A DNA stretch of 34,662 nt from an uncultured Candidatus Saccharibacteria bacterium (GCA_964525175.1 CAZGFB010000001.1:1-34662); one strand, 5' to 3'. Positions 1-8,470 are shown, counted from the first letter of the stretch. The notes: generated from the sequence alone by a model not told the origin. Numbers and translations: made by a program.

Positions 1-82
1 TACACTTTTCGCTTTTTGAATACAAAACGCTCAAAGTCTTGCGCTTGGGTCCCATCCCCAAGCTCACCTTCGCGGGAATGAC
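1..82. repeat. Partial copy (cut by window edge) of long-loop hairpin repeat 'element A'
   Basis: Aligns with 32139..32219, differing at about 5 positions by eye. Ends in CGCGGGAATGAC (reverse complement of the GTCATTCC repeat terminus). Contains inner hairpin CTTGGG-TCCCATC-CCCAAG (44..62). Confidence 0.85.
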
Positions 83-177
83 AGCAGGGAAGTGGTTATT
101 TGGGGATGATATAACCCTAGCTAAATACCCCTAAATATTGTCTTAAATAGCGCAATATTAAATTTTACATAAAAGTA

Positions 178-186
178 TGTTAGAAT
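178..186 (+). promoter_or_regulatory. Extended -10 promoter element (TGtTAGAAT) upstream of ppdK
   Basis: TGnTAnAAT pattern 44 nt upstream of the ppdK ATG. The same extended -10 pattern recurs upstream of many genes in the window. Confidence 0.4.
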
Positions 187-229
187 CCAAGGACGTTAAA
201 TTATAAATAACAAACAAGAAAACAGTACG

Positions 230-2992
230 ATGAAATCAACAAAATACGTGTATTCGTTTGGAGGAAAAAAGGCTGACGGAAACGGCAGTATGAAACCACT
301 TCTAGGAGGAAAGGGTGCAAACCTCGCAGAAATGAGTCGAATCGGCTTGCCGGTGCCACCCGGCTTCACAATCACAACAGAAGTTTGTGGTTATTATTAT
401 GACAACAAAAAAACATATCCAAAGACTTTAGAACAAGAAGTTAAGGCTGGTATTTCTGCTATTGAAAAAAACATGGGTGTAAAGTTTGGAAACAAAAATG
501 CTTTACCTCTTCTTGTTTCTGTTCGTTCAGGTGCACGAGACTCAATGCCTGGAATGATGGATACGATTTTAAACCTTGGTCTAAATGATGAGACAGTTCT
601 TGCTTTAGCAAAAGCAACAAACAATGATCGATTCGCATGGGACTGTTACCGACGCTTCATTCAAATGTATGGAGATGTTGTGATGGGTGTTCAAAAGCGA
701 GAAGGTGAAGATCACGAACCTTTTGAAGTTGTGATTGAAACTCTTAAACATGAAACTTATAAAGAAGATATCGACGACTCAAAACTCACAGTTGAAGATT
801 TGAAAAAAATGGTTACTCGTTTCAAAGCTTTGATTAAAGAGCGAACAGGAAAAGCATTTCCACAAGATCCATGGCAACAGCTTTGGGGATCTACTGGAGC
901 AGTTTTTGGTTCATGGATGAACGACCGAGCTTCTGTTTACCGAAGAAAATATAATATTCCAACAGAATGGGGAACAGCGGTGAATATTCAGGCTATGGTA
1001 TATGGAAACACGGGTGTTAAATCTGGTTCAGGTGTGGCCTTTACTCGAAACCCAGCAAACGGTGATAAAGAATTCTGGGGTGAGTTCCTAATTAATGCAC
1101 AAGGTGAAGATGTGGTGGCTGGCGTTCGTACTCCAGAGCCAGTTGAGAAGCTTGTAAATTATTTACCTGAAGCTTACAAAGAATTAATGAAAATTCGAAA
1201 CACTCTTGAGACTCACTTTAAAGATGTGCAGGACCTTGAGTTTACAATTCAAGACGAAAAAGTTTTCATCCTACAAACTCGAAATGGTAAGCGAACAGCG
1301 ATGGCTGCTTTGAAAATTTCTATGGATATGGTGAAGGAAAAACTTATCGATTGGAAAACAGCTATTAAGCGAAACCCAGCAGAACAACTTGATCAACTTC
1401 TAGCGCCGATTTTTGATGTGAAAGCAGAAAAATCTGCAAGAGTTATTGCAAAAGGTTTGCCTGCAGGACCAGGAGCAGCTTCTGGAAAAATTTACTTCAG
1501 TGCAGAGCGTGCAGTTATTGCAGGGGACAAAGGTGAGAAAGTCTTGCTTGTTCGAGCAGAGACAACACCAGAAGACTTGCGAGGAATGATTGCTGCCGAA
1601 GGTATTCTTACAGCGAAAGGTGGAGTTTCTTCACATGCTGCGCTTGTGGCTCGCCAAATGGGTAAAGTTTGTGTTTGCGGAGTTTCATCTTTGCAAATTG
1701 ATTACGATAAAAAGACTTTGACAGCAGGTGGTAATGTATACAAAGAAGGAGACTTCATTTCGATTAACGGAACACTTGGTACTGTTTACGCTGGTGCAAT
1801 AAAAACTGCTCCATCAGAAATTGTTCAAGTTCTTATCGATAAAACACTTAAGCCAAAAGATAGCGAAACATATCAAATGTATGCGACTCTTATGGAATGG
1901 TGTGCAAAGGCAACAAAATTGCAGGTTCGCACAAACGCAGATACTCCTGAACAAGTAGAAAATGCTTTATCGTTTGGTGCAACGGGAGTAGGGCTTGTGC
2001 GTACAGAACATATGTTCTTCGAAGGTGACCGAATTGATGCGATGCGAGAAATGATTCTTGCAGATAATCTAGAAGATCGAAAGAAGGCTTTAGCAAAACT
2101 CTTGCCATATCAAAAAGCAGACTTTGCCGGAATCTTTAAAGCATTGAAAGGCTTCCCAGCAACTATTCGCTTCTTAGATCCACCACTTCACGAATTCCTT
2201 CCTCACGAAGAAAAAGCACAAAAAGATTTGGCTTCCAAAATGAATATTTCAGTTGATAAGATTAAACATCGAATCGAAGAGCTTCACGAGTTCAACCCAA
2301 TGCTTGGTTTTCGTGGATGCCGTTTGGGAATTATCCATCCTGAAATTTCAGAGATGCAGGCACGTGCAGTATTTGAAGCTGCTGTGATGATTCAAAAGAC
2401 AGGTGTGAAAGTAAAACCAGAAATCATGATTCCTCTTGTTGGTTTCAAGAAAGAGCTTGATCTTCAAGTTGAAGTTGTGCACCGAATTGCAAAAGAAGTA
2501 ATGGCAGAAAAGAAAACAAAAGTTGATTATATGGTCGGTACAATGATTGAAGTTCCTCGTGGAGCTTTGACAGCTGATGAAATTGCACAAACAGCACAAT
2601 TCTTTAGTTTTGGAACAAACGACTTAACACAAACATGTTTGGGTATGAGTCGAGACGATTCAGGTTCTTTCATTCCTTCATATCAAGAAAGTGAAATAAT
2701 CAAAATGAATCCTTTTGCTTCTATCGACCAGACTGGTGTTGGAGCGTTGATGAAGATTGCTGTAGAGAAGGGAAATGCTACACGACCTGGAATCAAGATG
2801 GGTATTTGTGGAGAGCACGGAGGCGACCCAGCTTCAGTGAAATTCTGCCACAAGCTTGGTCTTACATATGTAAGCTGTTCTCCATATCGTGTGCCTGTTG
2901 CAAGACTTGCAGCTGCACAATCTGCTCTTGAAGACGAAGCTGTCACAGTTAAAACTGTAAAGAAGGCAGTAAAGAAAGTTTCAAAGAAGTAG
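230..2992 (+). CDS. ppdK: Pyruvate, phosphate dikinase
   Basis: 920-aa ORF with N-terminal nucleotide-binding region ([21 protein letters not shown]), phospho-His swivel motif [15 protein letters not shown] and C-terminal PEP/pyruvate domain with [11 protein letters not shown] terminator hairpin follows. Confidence 0.96.
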   Translation: MKSTKYVYSFGGKKADGNGSMKPLLGGKGANLAEMSRIGLPVPPGFTITTEVCGYYYDNKKTYPKTLEQEVKAGISAIEKNMGVKFGNKNALPLLVSVRSGARDSMPGMMDTILNLGLNDETVLALAKATNNDRFAWDCYRRFIQMYGDVVMGVQKREGEDHEPFEVVIETLKHETYKEDIDDSKLTVEDLKKMVTRFKALIKERTGKAFPQDPWQQLWGSTGAVFGSWMNDRASVYRRKYNIPTEWGTAVNIQAMVYGNTGVKSGSGVAFTRNPANGDKEFWGEFLINAQGEDVVAGVRTPEPVEKLVNYLPEAYKELMKIRNTLETHFKDVQDLEFTIQDEKVFILQTRNGKRTAMAALKISMDMVKEKLIDWKTAIKRNPAEQLDQLLAPIFDVKAEKSARVIAKGLPAGPGAASGKIYFSAERAVIAGDKGEKVLLVRAETTPEDLRGMIAAEGILTAKGGVSSHAALVARQMGKVCVCGVSSLQIDYDKKTLTAGGNVYKEGDFISINGTLGTVYAGAIKTAPSEIVQVLIDKTLKPKDSETYQMYATLMEWCAKATKLQVRTNADTPEQVENALSFGATGVGLVRTEHMFFEGDRIDAMREMILADNLEDRKKALAKLLPYQKADFAGIFKALKGFPATIRFLDPPLHEFLPHEEKAQKDLASKMNISVDKIKHRIEELHEFNPMLGFRGCRLGIIHPEISEMQARAVFEAAVMIQKTGVKVKPEIMIPLVGFKKELDLQVEVVHRIAKEVMAEKKTKVDYMVGTMIEVPRGALTADEIAQTAQFFSFGTNDLTQTCLGMSRDDSGSFIPSYQESEIIKMNPFASIDQTGVGALMKIAVEKGNATRPGIKMGICGEHGGDPASVKFCHKLGLTYVSCSPYRVPVARLAAAQSALEDEAVTVKTVKKAVKKVSKK

Positions 2993-3010
2993 AAAACTAG
3001 GTTTAAAAAG

Positions 3011-3044
3011 AAAAATCACACAACTTCAAAATTGTGTGATTTTT
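3011..3044. terminator. Bidirectional intrinsic terminator after ppdK
   Basis: AAAAATCACACAA / loop CTTCAAAA / TTGTGTGATTTTT: a 13-bp stem flanked by an A-run and a T-run. Confidence 0.8.
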
Positions 3045-3046
3045 CT

Positions 3047-3283
3047 TTATACATGTAAAAACCCACCGAGCCAAATCTTGGCTGGTGGGTTACGAGTGAG
3101 AGTTAAAGAAGTTTGCTGAGTCTGGACCTCTTTTGCCTCTTTAGCCTTCTCAGATAAGCGCATGTGCTTTCGATCTGATGTGCTTGTTGTTGGATGCAAA
3201 TTTCGAATTCGATTTCGGCGAGCTTTAGTCTTTTCATAATGTATCTCCTTCTTCATATTAAATTCATATTCATTTTGTGTCAA
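3047..3283 (-). CDS. Hypothetical small basic protein; frame uncertain (alternative 44-aa ORF at 3103..3237 in another frame)
   Basis: The 78-aa ORF from the track runs through the terminator hairpin at 3056..3091. The alternative ORF MKRLKLAEIEFEICIQQQAHQIESTCAYLRRLKRQKRSRLSKLL has AAGGAG 7 nt before its ATG and stops about 10 nt before the terminator. No recognisable family for either. Confidence 0.3.
   Translation of the reverse strand: MTQNEYEFNMKKEIHYEKTKARRNRIRNLHPTTSTSDRKHMRLSEKAKEAKEVQTQQTSLTLTRNPPAKIWLGGFLHV
3056..3091 (-). terminator. Intrinsic terminator (minus strand)
   Basis: Minus strand reads ACCCACCAGCC-AAGATTT-GGCTCGGTGGGT followed by TTTTT (stem with a one-base bulge). Confidence 0.7.
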
Positions 3284-3346
3284 ACGATAATCTGCTTTAC
3301 ATTCCGTAATTTTTGTTTTATGTGTGGTTATCCACAGGTATAATTG

Positions 3347-3375
3347 TTGACGGTGAACGGTTGTTCACCTATACT
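3347..3375 (+). promoter_or_regulatory. Near-consensus sigma70-type promoter (TTGACG-17-TATACT) with SOS box in the spacer
   Basis: -35 TTGACG at 3347..3352, exact 17-nt spacer, -10 TATACT at 3370..3375. It reads toward the 67-aa ORF and lexA. Confidence 0.7.
3352..3369. promoter_or_regulatory. LexA operator (Cheo/SOS box, GAAC-N4-GTTC type)
   Basis: Perfect palindrome GGTGAAC-GGTT-GTTCACC. The core GAACGGTTGTTC matches the Gram-positive-type LexA box CGAACnnnnGTTCG. It is the only GAAC-N4-GTTC I found in the window, and lexA lies about 0.55 kb downstream on the same strand. Confidence 0.7.
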
Positions 3376-3482
3376 ATATATATACAAATAATTTACCCAC
3401 CAAAATTTTAATGTCATCCTACAAAATTTTCTATTCGAAAATTTAGAAGGACAAGAAAACTTAGGGGGGGGCAAGCAATCAT

Positions 3483-3686
3483 ATGAGTAGCAACACTTTC
3501 AAAAAAGCCATAGAGCAAGAGTTAAGAAAACTCAATGAAGAAATCGATAGTAAAATCGTAAAAGGTCTTTCATATATGAAGGAGTCTAAAAGGCATAAAA
3601 CTTTGTTAAGACAATTGAATAGTTTTAATCGTCATACAAGTTTATTTCAAAGATCATTCAATTTAGTAACAACATTTCTATTATAA
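3483..3686 (+). CDS. Hypothetical 67-aa protein, first ORF downstream of the SOS-box promoter
   Basis: ORF with a coiled-coil-like N-terminal half and a short hydrophobic C-terminus (FNLVTTFLL). No family recognised. Its position between the SOS box and lexA is the only support. Confidence 0.4.
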   Translation: MSSNTFKKAIEQELRKLNEEIDSKIVKGLSYMKESKRHKTLLRQLNSFNRHTSLFQRSFNLVTTFLL

Positions 3687-3724
3687 TTCAATTAATTTCA
3701 TTTCCAATTAACCTCTTCGTATTT

Positions 3725-3881
3725 GTCATTCCTGCGGAGGCAGATTCACAAGTATTTTTCTGGAGAAAAATCTTCTGAACACGACTCAGCCCGTCGGCTT
3801 CCGTCCTTGCAGTCTGGTCCCATCCCGACTTCACCAGTCTGAAAATTTAAATCATGGATTCCCGATCAGGTCGGGAATGAC
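3725..3881. repeat. Composite hairpin repeat (element B + inverted short unit)
   Basis: Starts GTCATTCCTGCGGAGG and ends GGATTCCCGATCAGGTCGGGAATGAC. Homologous in inverted orientation to 8514..8671. Confidence 0.85.
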
Positions 3882-3893
3882 ATGCGGGGAGGG

Positions 3894-3918
3894 ATTCATA
3901 ATTCTTAATTCATAATTC
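3894..3918. repeat. Single arm of the AT-rich ATTCATAATTCTTAATTC repeat family
   Basis: ATTCATAATTCTTAATTCATAATTC lies immediately upstream of the lexA ATG. The same motif forms inverted-repeat pairs at 19252..19337, 20780..20887 and 31066..31144. Confidence 0.7.
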
Positions 3919-3926
3919 TACTCATC

Positions 3927-4490
3927 ATGAACGAATATAAAAATAAAATTGTTTCTTTCTACCATCGACATCGAAGAATGCCGAGCTATCAGGAGATTAT
4001 GGACTTGGTGGGTTTTAAGTCTAAAAATGCTGTATATAAACTAATTGAAAAACTCGTAGATGAGGGTATTGTCACAAAAGATAAAAAAGGGAAACTTATC
4101 CCAAGTAACAGGCTGGATGAAATCCCAATTCTTGGTCTGGTGGAGGCGGGCTTCCCAACCACTATGGATGAGGAAATGACAGACACAATGAGTATTGATG
4201 AATATTTAATTGATCATAAAGATTCCACATATCTACTAGAAGTTAAAGGGGATTCAATGATTGATGCTGGAATATATGAAAAAGATTTGGTGATTGTGGA
4301 AAGAAAAGGTGAAGCAAAAGTTGGTGATATTGTGATAGCCGAAGTTGATGGAGGATGGACAATGAAATATTACAGAATGGACGGACATAAAGCTTATCTT
4401 GAGCCTGCTAATAAAAAATACAAACCAATATATCCAAAAGAAGGCCTGCGTATTGCAGCTATTGTGAAAGGGGTGATTAGAAAATACTAA
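3927..4490 (+). CDS. lexA: LexA repressor (S24 peptidase)
   Basis: N-terminal winged-helix region (SYQEIMDLVGFKSKNAVYKLIEKLVDEGIV), Ala-Gly cleavage site in LVEAGFP, Ser nucleophile in GDSMIDAGI and Lys in TMKYY. Confidence 0.9.
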   Translation: MNEYKNKIVSFYHRHRRMPSYQEIMDLVGFKSKNAVYKLIEKLVDEGIVTKDKKGKLIPSNRLDEIPILGLVEAGFPTTMDEEMTDTMSIDEYLIDHKDSTYLLEVKGDSMIDAGIYEKDLVIVERKGEAKVGDIVIAEVDGGWTMKYYRMDGHKAYLEPANKKYKPIYPKEGLRIAAIVKGVIRKY

Positions 4491-4500
4491 TAAATAACAT

Positions 4501-4537
4501 ACAAAAAACTCTCAGACTAATTCTGAGAGTTTTTTGT
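4501..4537. terminator. Bidirectional terminator between convergent lexA and DUF1059 genes
   Basis: ACAAAAAACTCTCAGA-CTAAT-TCTGAGAGTTTTTTGT. Confidence 0.85.
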
Positions 4538-4544
4538 ATGGGCG

Positions 4545-4733
4545 CTATTCGTGCACTTTTGATTCGAGCGTTTTCATTATCTCATCGTTGCTCATTTTCA
4601 TTTCTTTCATTTCATCTGGATGTGCATTTTTCATGTGATTCATCATTTTCATAGCCACTTCTTCTTCTGATGCACCATGAGCCTCAAAACCACAGTCTAT
4701 ATTTGGATCAATATCCTTGCATGATAGTTTCAT
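4545..4733 (-). CDS. DUF1059-like small metal-binding protein
   Basis: 62 aa. MKLSCKDIDPNIDCGFEAHGASEEEVAMKMMNHMKNAHPDE matches the C-x-D-x-G-x-DCGF...H pattern remembered for DUF1059. Confidence 0.7.
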   Translation of the reverse strand: MKLSCKDIDPNIDCGFEAHGASEEEVAMKMMNHMKNAHPDEMKEMKMSNDEIMKTLESKVHE

Positions 4734-4905
4734 AATTTTAATATATTAACTTGATAATATTATTAGCAGATTATTACTAAAAAATTACGACCTTCTAACC
4801 TAATTATTATAAATAATTAATACTGAAATTATTGTGAAGATGAAATTTAATATTTTTTGCTTTTAAAAGAGGTGGTTGTAGAATGAAAAGAGAAATGAAA
4901 TATTA

Positions 4906-4986
4906 ATTAAGAGTTGTAATCAGCCACCACGCAAGATTTATCACGCATTTGTCTTTTGAAGGTGGTGGCTGATTACAACTCTTAAT
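4906..4986. repeat. Perfect 25-bp inverted repeat with 31-nt loop
   Basis: ATTAAGAGTTGTAATCAGCCACCAC (4906..4930) and its exact reverse complement (4962..4986), in the divergent region between the DUF1059 gene and the AI-2E transporter gene. Confidence 0.9.
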
Positions 4987-5027
4987 CTGTTACATTGAAT
5001 TGCAATTTGTTATATAATATTCAGTAT

Positions 5028-6047
5028 ATGGATAATAAGAAATCACAAATATTTTTTGGTGTGGCAATAAGTATATTTTTTGTTTTGTCGGTATTTATAC
5101 TTTCGCCTTTTTTAATTACATTAGCATTGGCTTTAATTGGAGCTATCATACTTGGTCCTGTATGCAAAAAAATTACAAGGGTGTCTTTTGGTAATAAATC
5201 TGTGGGTGCAATCATAACGATATTATTGTTTTATATAATTATTTTTATTCCAGTCTCACTTGTATCGTTTCAGTTATTTAAGGAGGCTCAAGGCGTCTAT
5301 GCTTCTTTAGACACTCCTAATGCGCCAAATGTTACAGTCATCAATCGAATAATTAATGATAACCTTAATTCAATAATTCCAAATAGTGACTTACGTATTG
5401 AAAAATATATTGGCGGATTTTCTTCTTGGATAGTTTCAAACCTAGGTAATTTTTTTGCAGGAACTTTTGATATATTCTTGAAAATATTATTAGCAACAAT
5501 TGCTTTGTTTTTCTTATTAAAAGATGGTGAAAAGTTTAAGAAAAATATAAAGGATTTAAGTCCGATTTCTGATGAGGCGTATGAATACCTAACTAAATCC
5601 ATAGAGACAGCTGTTAAATCTGTTGTTTTCGGCTCTATCATTATTGCTGTGGTACAAGGTGTTGTCTCTGGAATTGGAATGAGTATTTTTGGAATTCCGA
5701 ATGCAACTTTATGGGGGACCATTTCAATTATTGCTGCATTTATACCAGGAATTGGAACAGGAATAGTTTTTCTTCCAATAATAATTTATGCATTCTTTTA
5801 CGGAACATTATTCCAAGCCATTGGATTGCTATTATGGGCTCTTATTATTGTGAACGTAATCGATAATTTATTAAGACCTTTAATCATGCATAAGTCTGTG
5901 GGTATTCATCCTTTATTTATTTTGTTTTCAGTTCTCGGTGGTATTAGTTTTATTGGCCCAACAGGATTTATTATTGGTCCTTTGGTTTTGAGTGTGCTTT
6001 TTGCATTAATTAGGGTTTATAAGATGAAGGAGATTCAGGTTTCATAA
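5028..6047 (+). CDS. AI-2E family (PerM/UPF0118) membrane transporter
   Basis: Polytopic membrane protein with the C-terminal signature region LRPLIMHKSVGIHPLFILFSVLGGISFIGPTGFIIGPLVLSV. I prefer ATG 5028 over the TTG at 4995 in the ORF track, because TATAAT at 5013..5018 lies inside the longer version. Confidence 0.8.
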   Translation: MDNKKSQIFFGVAISIFFVLSVFILSPFLITLALALIGAIILGPVCKKITRVSFGNKSVGAIITILLFYIIIFIPVSLVSFQLFKEAQGVYASLDTPNAPNVTVINRIINDNLNSIIPNSDLRIEKYIGGFSSWIVSNLGNFFAGTFDIFLKILLATIALFFLLKDGEKFKKNIKDLSPISDEAYEYLTKSIETAVKSVVFGSIIIAVVQGVVSGIGMSIFGIPNATLWGTISIIAAFIPGIGTGIVFLPIIIYAFFYGTLFQAIGLLLWALIIVNVIDNLLRPLIMHKSVGIHPLFILFSVLGGISFIGPTGFIIGPLVLSVLFALIRVYKMKEIQVS

Positions 6048-6053
6048 GTAAAG

Positions 6054-6087
6054 AAAAACACCGCTCGAAATATCGTGCGGTGTTGTG
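6054..6087. terminator. Hairpin terminator between convergent genes
   Basis: AAAAACACCGC-loop-GCGGTGTTGTG. There is an A-run on the left, giving a T-run for the minus-strand gene. Confidence 0.6.
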
Positions 6088-6105
6088 ATTGTAAGAATTC
6101 AAATC

Positions 6106-6528
6106 TTAAACATTTTCCAATTTAAATTCTCTTTCAAGTCCTGCCCTAACAAGGTTGCATAGGCTTGCTGAAGCTTCCAGGAATTTAGGGTCATCACGAC
6201 TTCTGAGTAAGTATGCTTTTTCAGTGAATCGATTATATCCATTAATTCTTTCTGGAGATGTCACAATGACTTGCTTTCCATTAAGGTGGGGTTCGAAGTC
6301 TGTGTTTTTATAACACCACAAATTCTCGCTGAGAAGGATCAGATCCGCCTCTTCGATGTGTGAAACTATCGTTAGCATGTCTGGGCGAGCCGGCTTTTCT
6401 CTGGTTGTAGTGCAAACAACAATCTGGATTTCGTGAGGTAGTCCAATAAGTCCGGCAATAAGGATTGTATTCATTGCCCAAGCGGCTTCGGTGTTGCCTT
6501 CAAGTATGAGTACTGTCGTAGATTTCAT
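6106..6528 (-). CDS. Hypothetical protein (140 aa)
   Basis: Clean ORF followed by a terminator. The N-terminus VLILEGNTEAA...ADLILLS faintly resembles a CheY-like receiver but lacks the phospho-acceptor Asp pattern. No confident family. Confidence 0.5.
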   Translation of the reverse strand: MKSTTVLILEGNTEAAWAMNTILIAGLIGLPHEIQIVVCTTTREKPARPDMLTIVSHIEEADLILLSENLWCYKNTDFEPHLNGKQVIVTSPERINGYNRFTEKAYLLRSRDDPKFLEASASLCNLVRAGLEREFKLENV

Positions 6529-6660
6529 TTTTTCTTATGGTTGAGTTCTTACAGTTCAAGGATCTATTACTGCATTTATTGATACAGTATTTTAGCCGTT
6601 TTGTAAAGCATTATGAAAATTTGATGAAGAAATGATTTTAAGTGTAATTAATATATAAAA

Positions 6661-6669
6661 TGATATAAT
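6661..6669 (+). promoter_or_regulatory. Extended -10 (TGaTATAAT) 8 nt upstream of the NRAMP gene ATG
   Basis: TATAAT at 6664..6669, ATG at 6678, no SD sequence. Implies a leaderless or near-leaderless mRNA. Confidence 0.5.
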
Positions 6670-6677
6670 TTTAATAA

Positions 6678-7961
6678 ATGTTTAAATTTAATTGGAAATA
6701 TAAAAAAATTACAAAGAGTGTGGGGCCGGGATTAATTACTGGCGCCGCCGATGATGATCCTTCAGGTATTGCCACATACAGCCAGACAGGAGCACAATTT
6801 GGTTATGGGCAACTTTGGACAGTTATTTTTATGTTGCCTTTAGTAACTGCGATTCAAGAAGCTTGCGCAAGAATCGGCGCCGTGACAGGAAAGGGGATAG
6901 CTACTGTTATTCGCGAGAATTATTCGAAAAAAGTTTTATACGTAGCTGTGTTTCTTGTTTTGATTGCAAATACTATAAATATTGGTGCGGATATCGGGGC
7001 GATGGCTGCCGCTGCGGGTTTAATTATTCCTCTTCCTTTTGTTCTTCTTGCGTTAGGCTTCACGACTTTAATTTTGGTTTTAGAAATTTTTGTTTCTTAC
7101 AAAAATTATGCAAAACTTCTCAAATGGTTGGCTCTTGCACTCTTCTCTTATGTGCTTACTGTGTTTATTGTAAAACAGCCATGGAGTGAAATTTTACATG
7201 CGACATTTGTCCCGCATTTTGAGTTTACTTTTGCGTTTCTTTTCATTATTACTGGAGTGTTGGGCACTACAATTTCTCCGTATATGTTTTTCTGGGAGGC
7301 TTCAGAAGAAGTTGAGGAGGAGCATAAGAAAAATATGATTCATAATGGTAAGCCTGCTTTGACAAAATCTTTTATGAAGTCGATTCGTTTGGATAATGCG
7401 ATTGGGATGATTTCCTCACAAATTGCAACATGGTGTATTATCGTTGTTTCCGCCACGGTACTGCATAACAATGGCGTCACAAATATTGCAACTGCTGCAG
7501 ACGCGGCTCGAGCACTCGAACCGCTTGTTCAAACATTTCCATATGCAGGCTTTTTAGCAAAGTTACTATTTGCTGTTGGGGTTATCGGATTGGGCTTACT
7601 TGCTGTGCCTGTACTTTCAGCTTCAGCTTCTTATGCAATTTCAGAGGCTTTTTCTTGGCGAGAAGGTTTAAACCAGAAATTTAAAAGAGCTCACGGATTT
7701 TATGGAGTTATTACCGTTGCAACTTTGATCGGGCTCATGATTAATTTTATTGGTATAGACCCTGTGCGAGCGCTTGTGATTACTGCTGTGATTAATGGAA
7801 TTATTGCTGTACCTCTTATTTTCTTAATTGCAAAAATTGCCTCAAATGAAAAAATTATGGGAGAGTATAAAAGTAGTAAGCTTTCAAGTACTCTTGTTTG
7901 GTTAACATTTTTCTTAATGGCCACCGCCGTGGTTGCGATGTTTATTGCGTTTTTGATATAA
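6678..7961 (+). CDS. NRAMP-family divalent metal cation transporter
   Basis: 427-aa polytopic protein with N-terminal GPGLITGAADDDPSGIATYSQTGAQFGYGQLW, typical of the NRAMP/MntH-related family. Confidence 0.88.
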   Translation: MFKFNWKYKKITKSVGPGLITGAADDDPSGIATYSQTGAQFGYGQLWTVIFMLPLVTAIQEACARIGAVTGKGIATVIRENYSKKVLYVAVFLVLIANTINIGADIGAMAAAAGLIIPLPFVLLALGFTTLILVLEIFVSYKNYAKLLKWLALALFSYVLTVFIVKQPWSEILHATFVPHFEFTFAFLFIITGVLGTTISPYMFFWEASEEVEEEHKKNMIHNGKPALTKSFMKSIRLDNAIGMISSQIATWCIIVVSATVLHNNGVTNIATAADAARALEPLVQTFPYAGFLAKLLFAVGVIGLGLLAVPVLSASASYAISEAFSWREGLNQKFKRAHGFYGVITVATLIGLMINFIGIDPVRALVITAVINGIIAVPLIFLIAKIASNEKIMGEYKSSKLSSTLVWLTFFLMATAVVAMFIAFLI

Positions 7962-7962
7962 A

Positions 7963-8083
7963 GAATTATGAATCGACACAAAATAAGGAGTGGAGCGACT
8001 ATATTTTGTGTCGTCTTCGCGAATGCGGGGATCCAGGTCGATTCTGATTTTTCAGACTGGATTCCGGCCTTCGCCGGAATGAC
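7963..8083. repeat. Composite hairpin repeat (AT-rich motif + H hairpin + two inverted short units)
   Basis: GAATTATGAAT; H hairpin CGACACAAAATA-N16-TATTTTGTGTCG (7974..8013); unit GTCGTCTTCGCGAATGCGGGGATCCAGGTC (8010..8039); inverted unit CTGGATTCCGGCCTTCGCCGGAATGAC (8057..8083). Confidence 0.9.
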
Positions 8084-8250
8084 AGACGACATTTTTTTGA
8101 ATTTTGAACATTTGGATTTGTTTCGGATTTCGAATTTAGATATACTGTATCGCCAAAATAGCTAGTAAATTAGCCAATATTAGGACATATTTAATATATG
8201 TGTTACACTCAAAAAGTCGTTTTAATAGAAACCTAACTATAAACAAAATT

Positions 8251-8406
8251 ATGACAGATGACACAAACGTAGATGCAGTTGTAGCGGATGAAGTTGTTGA
8301 AGAAACAGCTCCTGTTGCAGAAGAAATCGAAACTCCAGTTGAAGGAGAAGAAGTTGCAGAAGAGGCTCCAGTAGCAGAAGCTCCTGAAGCAGAAGTTGCA
8401 GCGTAA
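8251..8406 (+). CDS. Hypothetical 51-aa highly acidic protein
   Basis: MTDDTNVDAVVADEVVEETAPVAEEIETPVEGEEVAEEAPVAEAPEAEVAA, followed 10 nt later by a strong terminator. The ATG at 8251 is preferred over the upstream start in the track. No family recognised. Confidence 0.4.
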   Translation: MTDDTNVDAVVADEVVEETAPVAEEIETPVEGEEVAEEAPVAEAPEAEVAA

Positions 8407-8416
8407 TCTTTTTTAC

Positions 8417-8452
8417 AACAAAAAACCCTTGAGCAATCGAGGGTTTTTTGTT
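8417..8452 (+). terminator. Intrinsic terminator
   Basis: AACAAAAAACCCTTGA-GCAA-TCGAGGGTTTTTTGTT. Confidence 0.8.
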
Positions 8453-8470
8453 GTCTGAATATTGTGTTCT

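Noticed and set aside
3328-3336. Consensus DnaA box TTATCCACA, possible oriC
   Set aside because: It is a single box with no cluster, no adjacent dnaA/dnaN and no obvious AT-rich unwinding element. About 0.3 such 9-mers are expected by chance in a window of this size. It is noted only as a neighbour of the SOS promoter.
6815-7189. 124-aa same-strand ORF in a different frame inside the NRAMP gene; likewise 5297..5722(-), 24376..24843(-), 9886..10131(-), 9936..10247(+), 10183..10410(-), 14509..14821, 17371..17601 and other short internal ORFs
   Set aside because: All overlap longer ORFs with recognisable domains, and none has its own motif or translation signals.
7700-8165. ORFs 7700..8092(-) and 7968..8165(+) from the track
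   Set aside because: Their sequences (VIPAKAGIQSEKSE..., ANAGIQVDSDFSDWIPAFAGMTDD) are translations of the GTCATYC hairpin repeats, and 7700..8092 also runs antisense to the NRAMP gene 3' end. No start context and no family.
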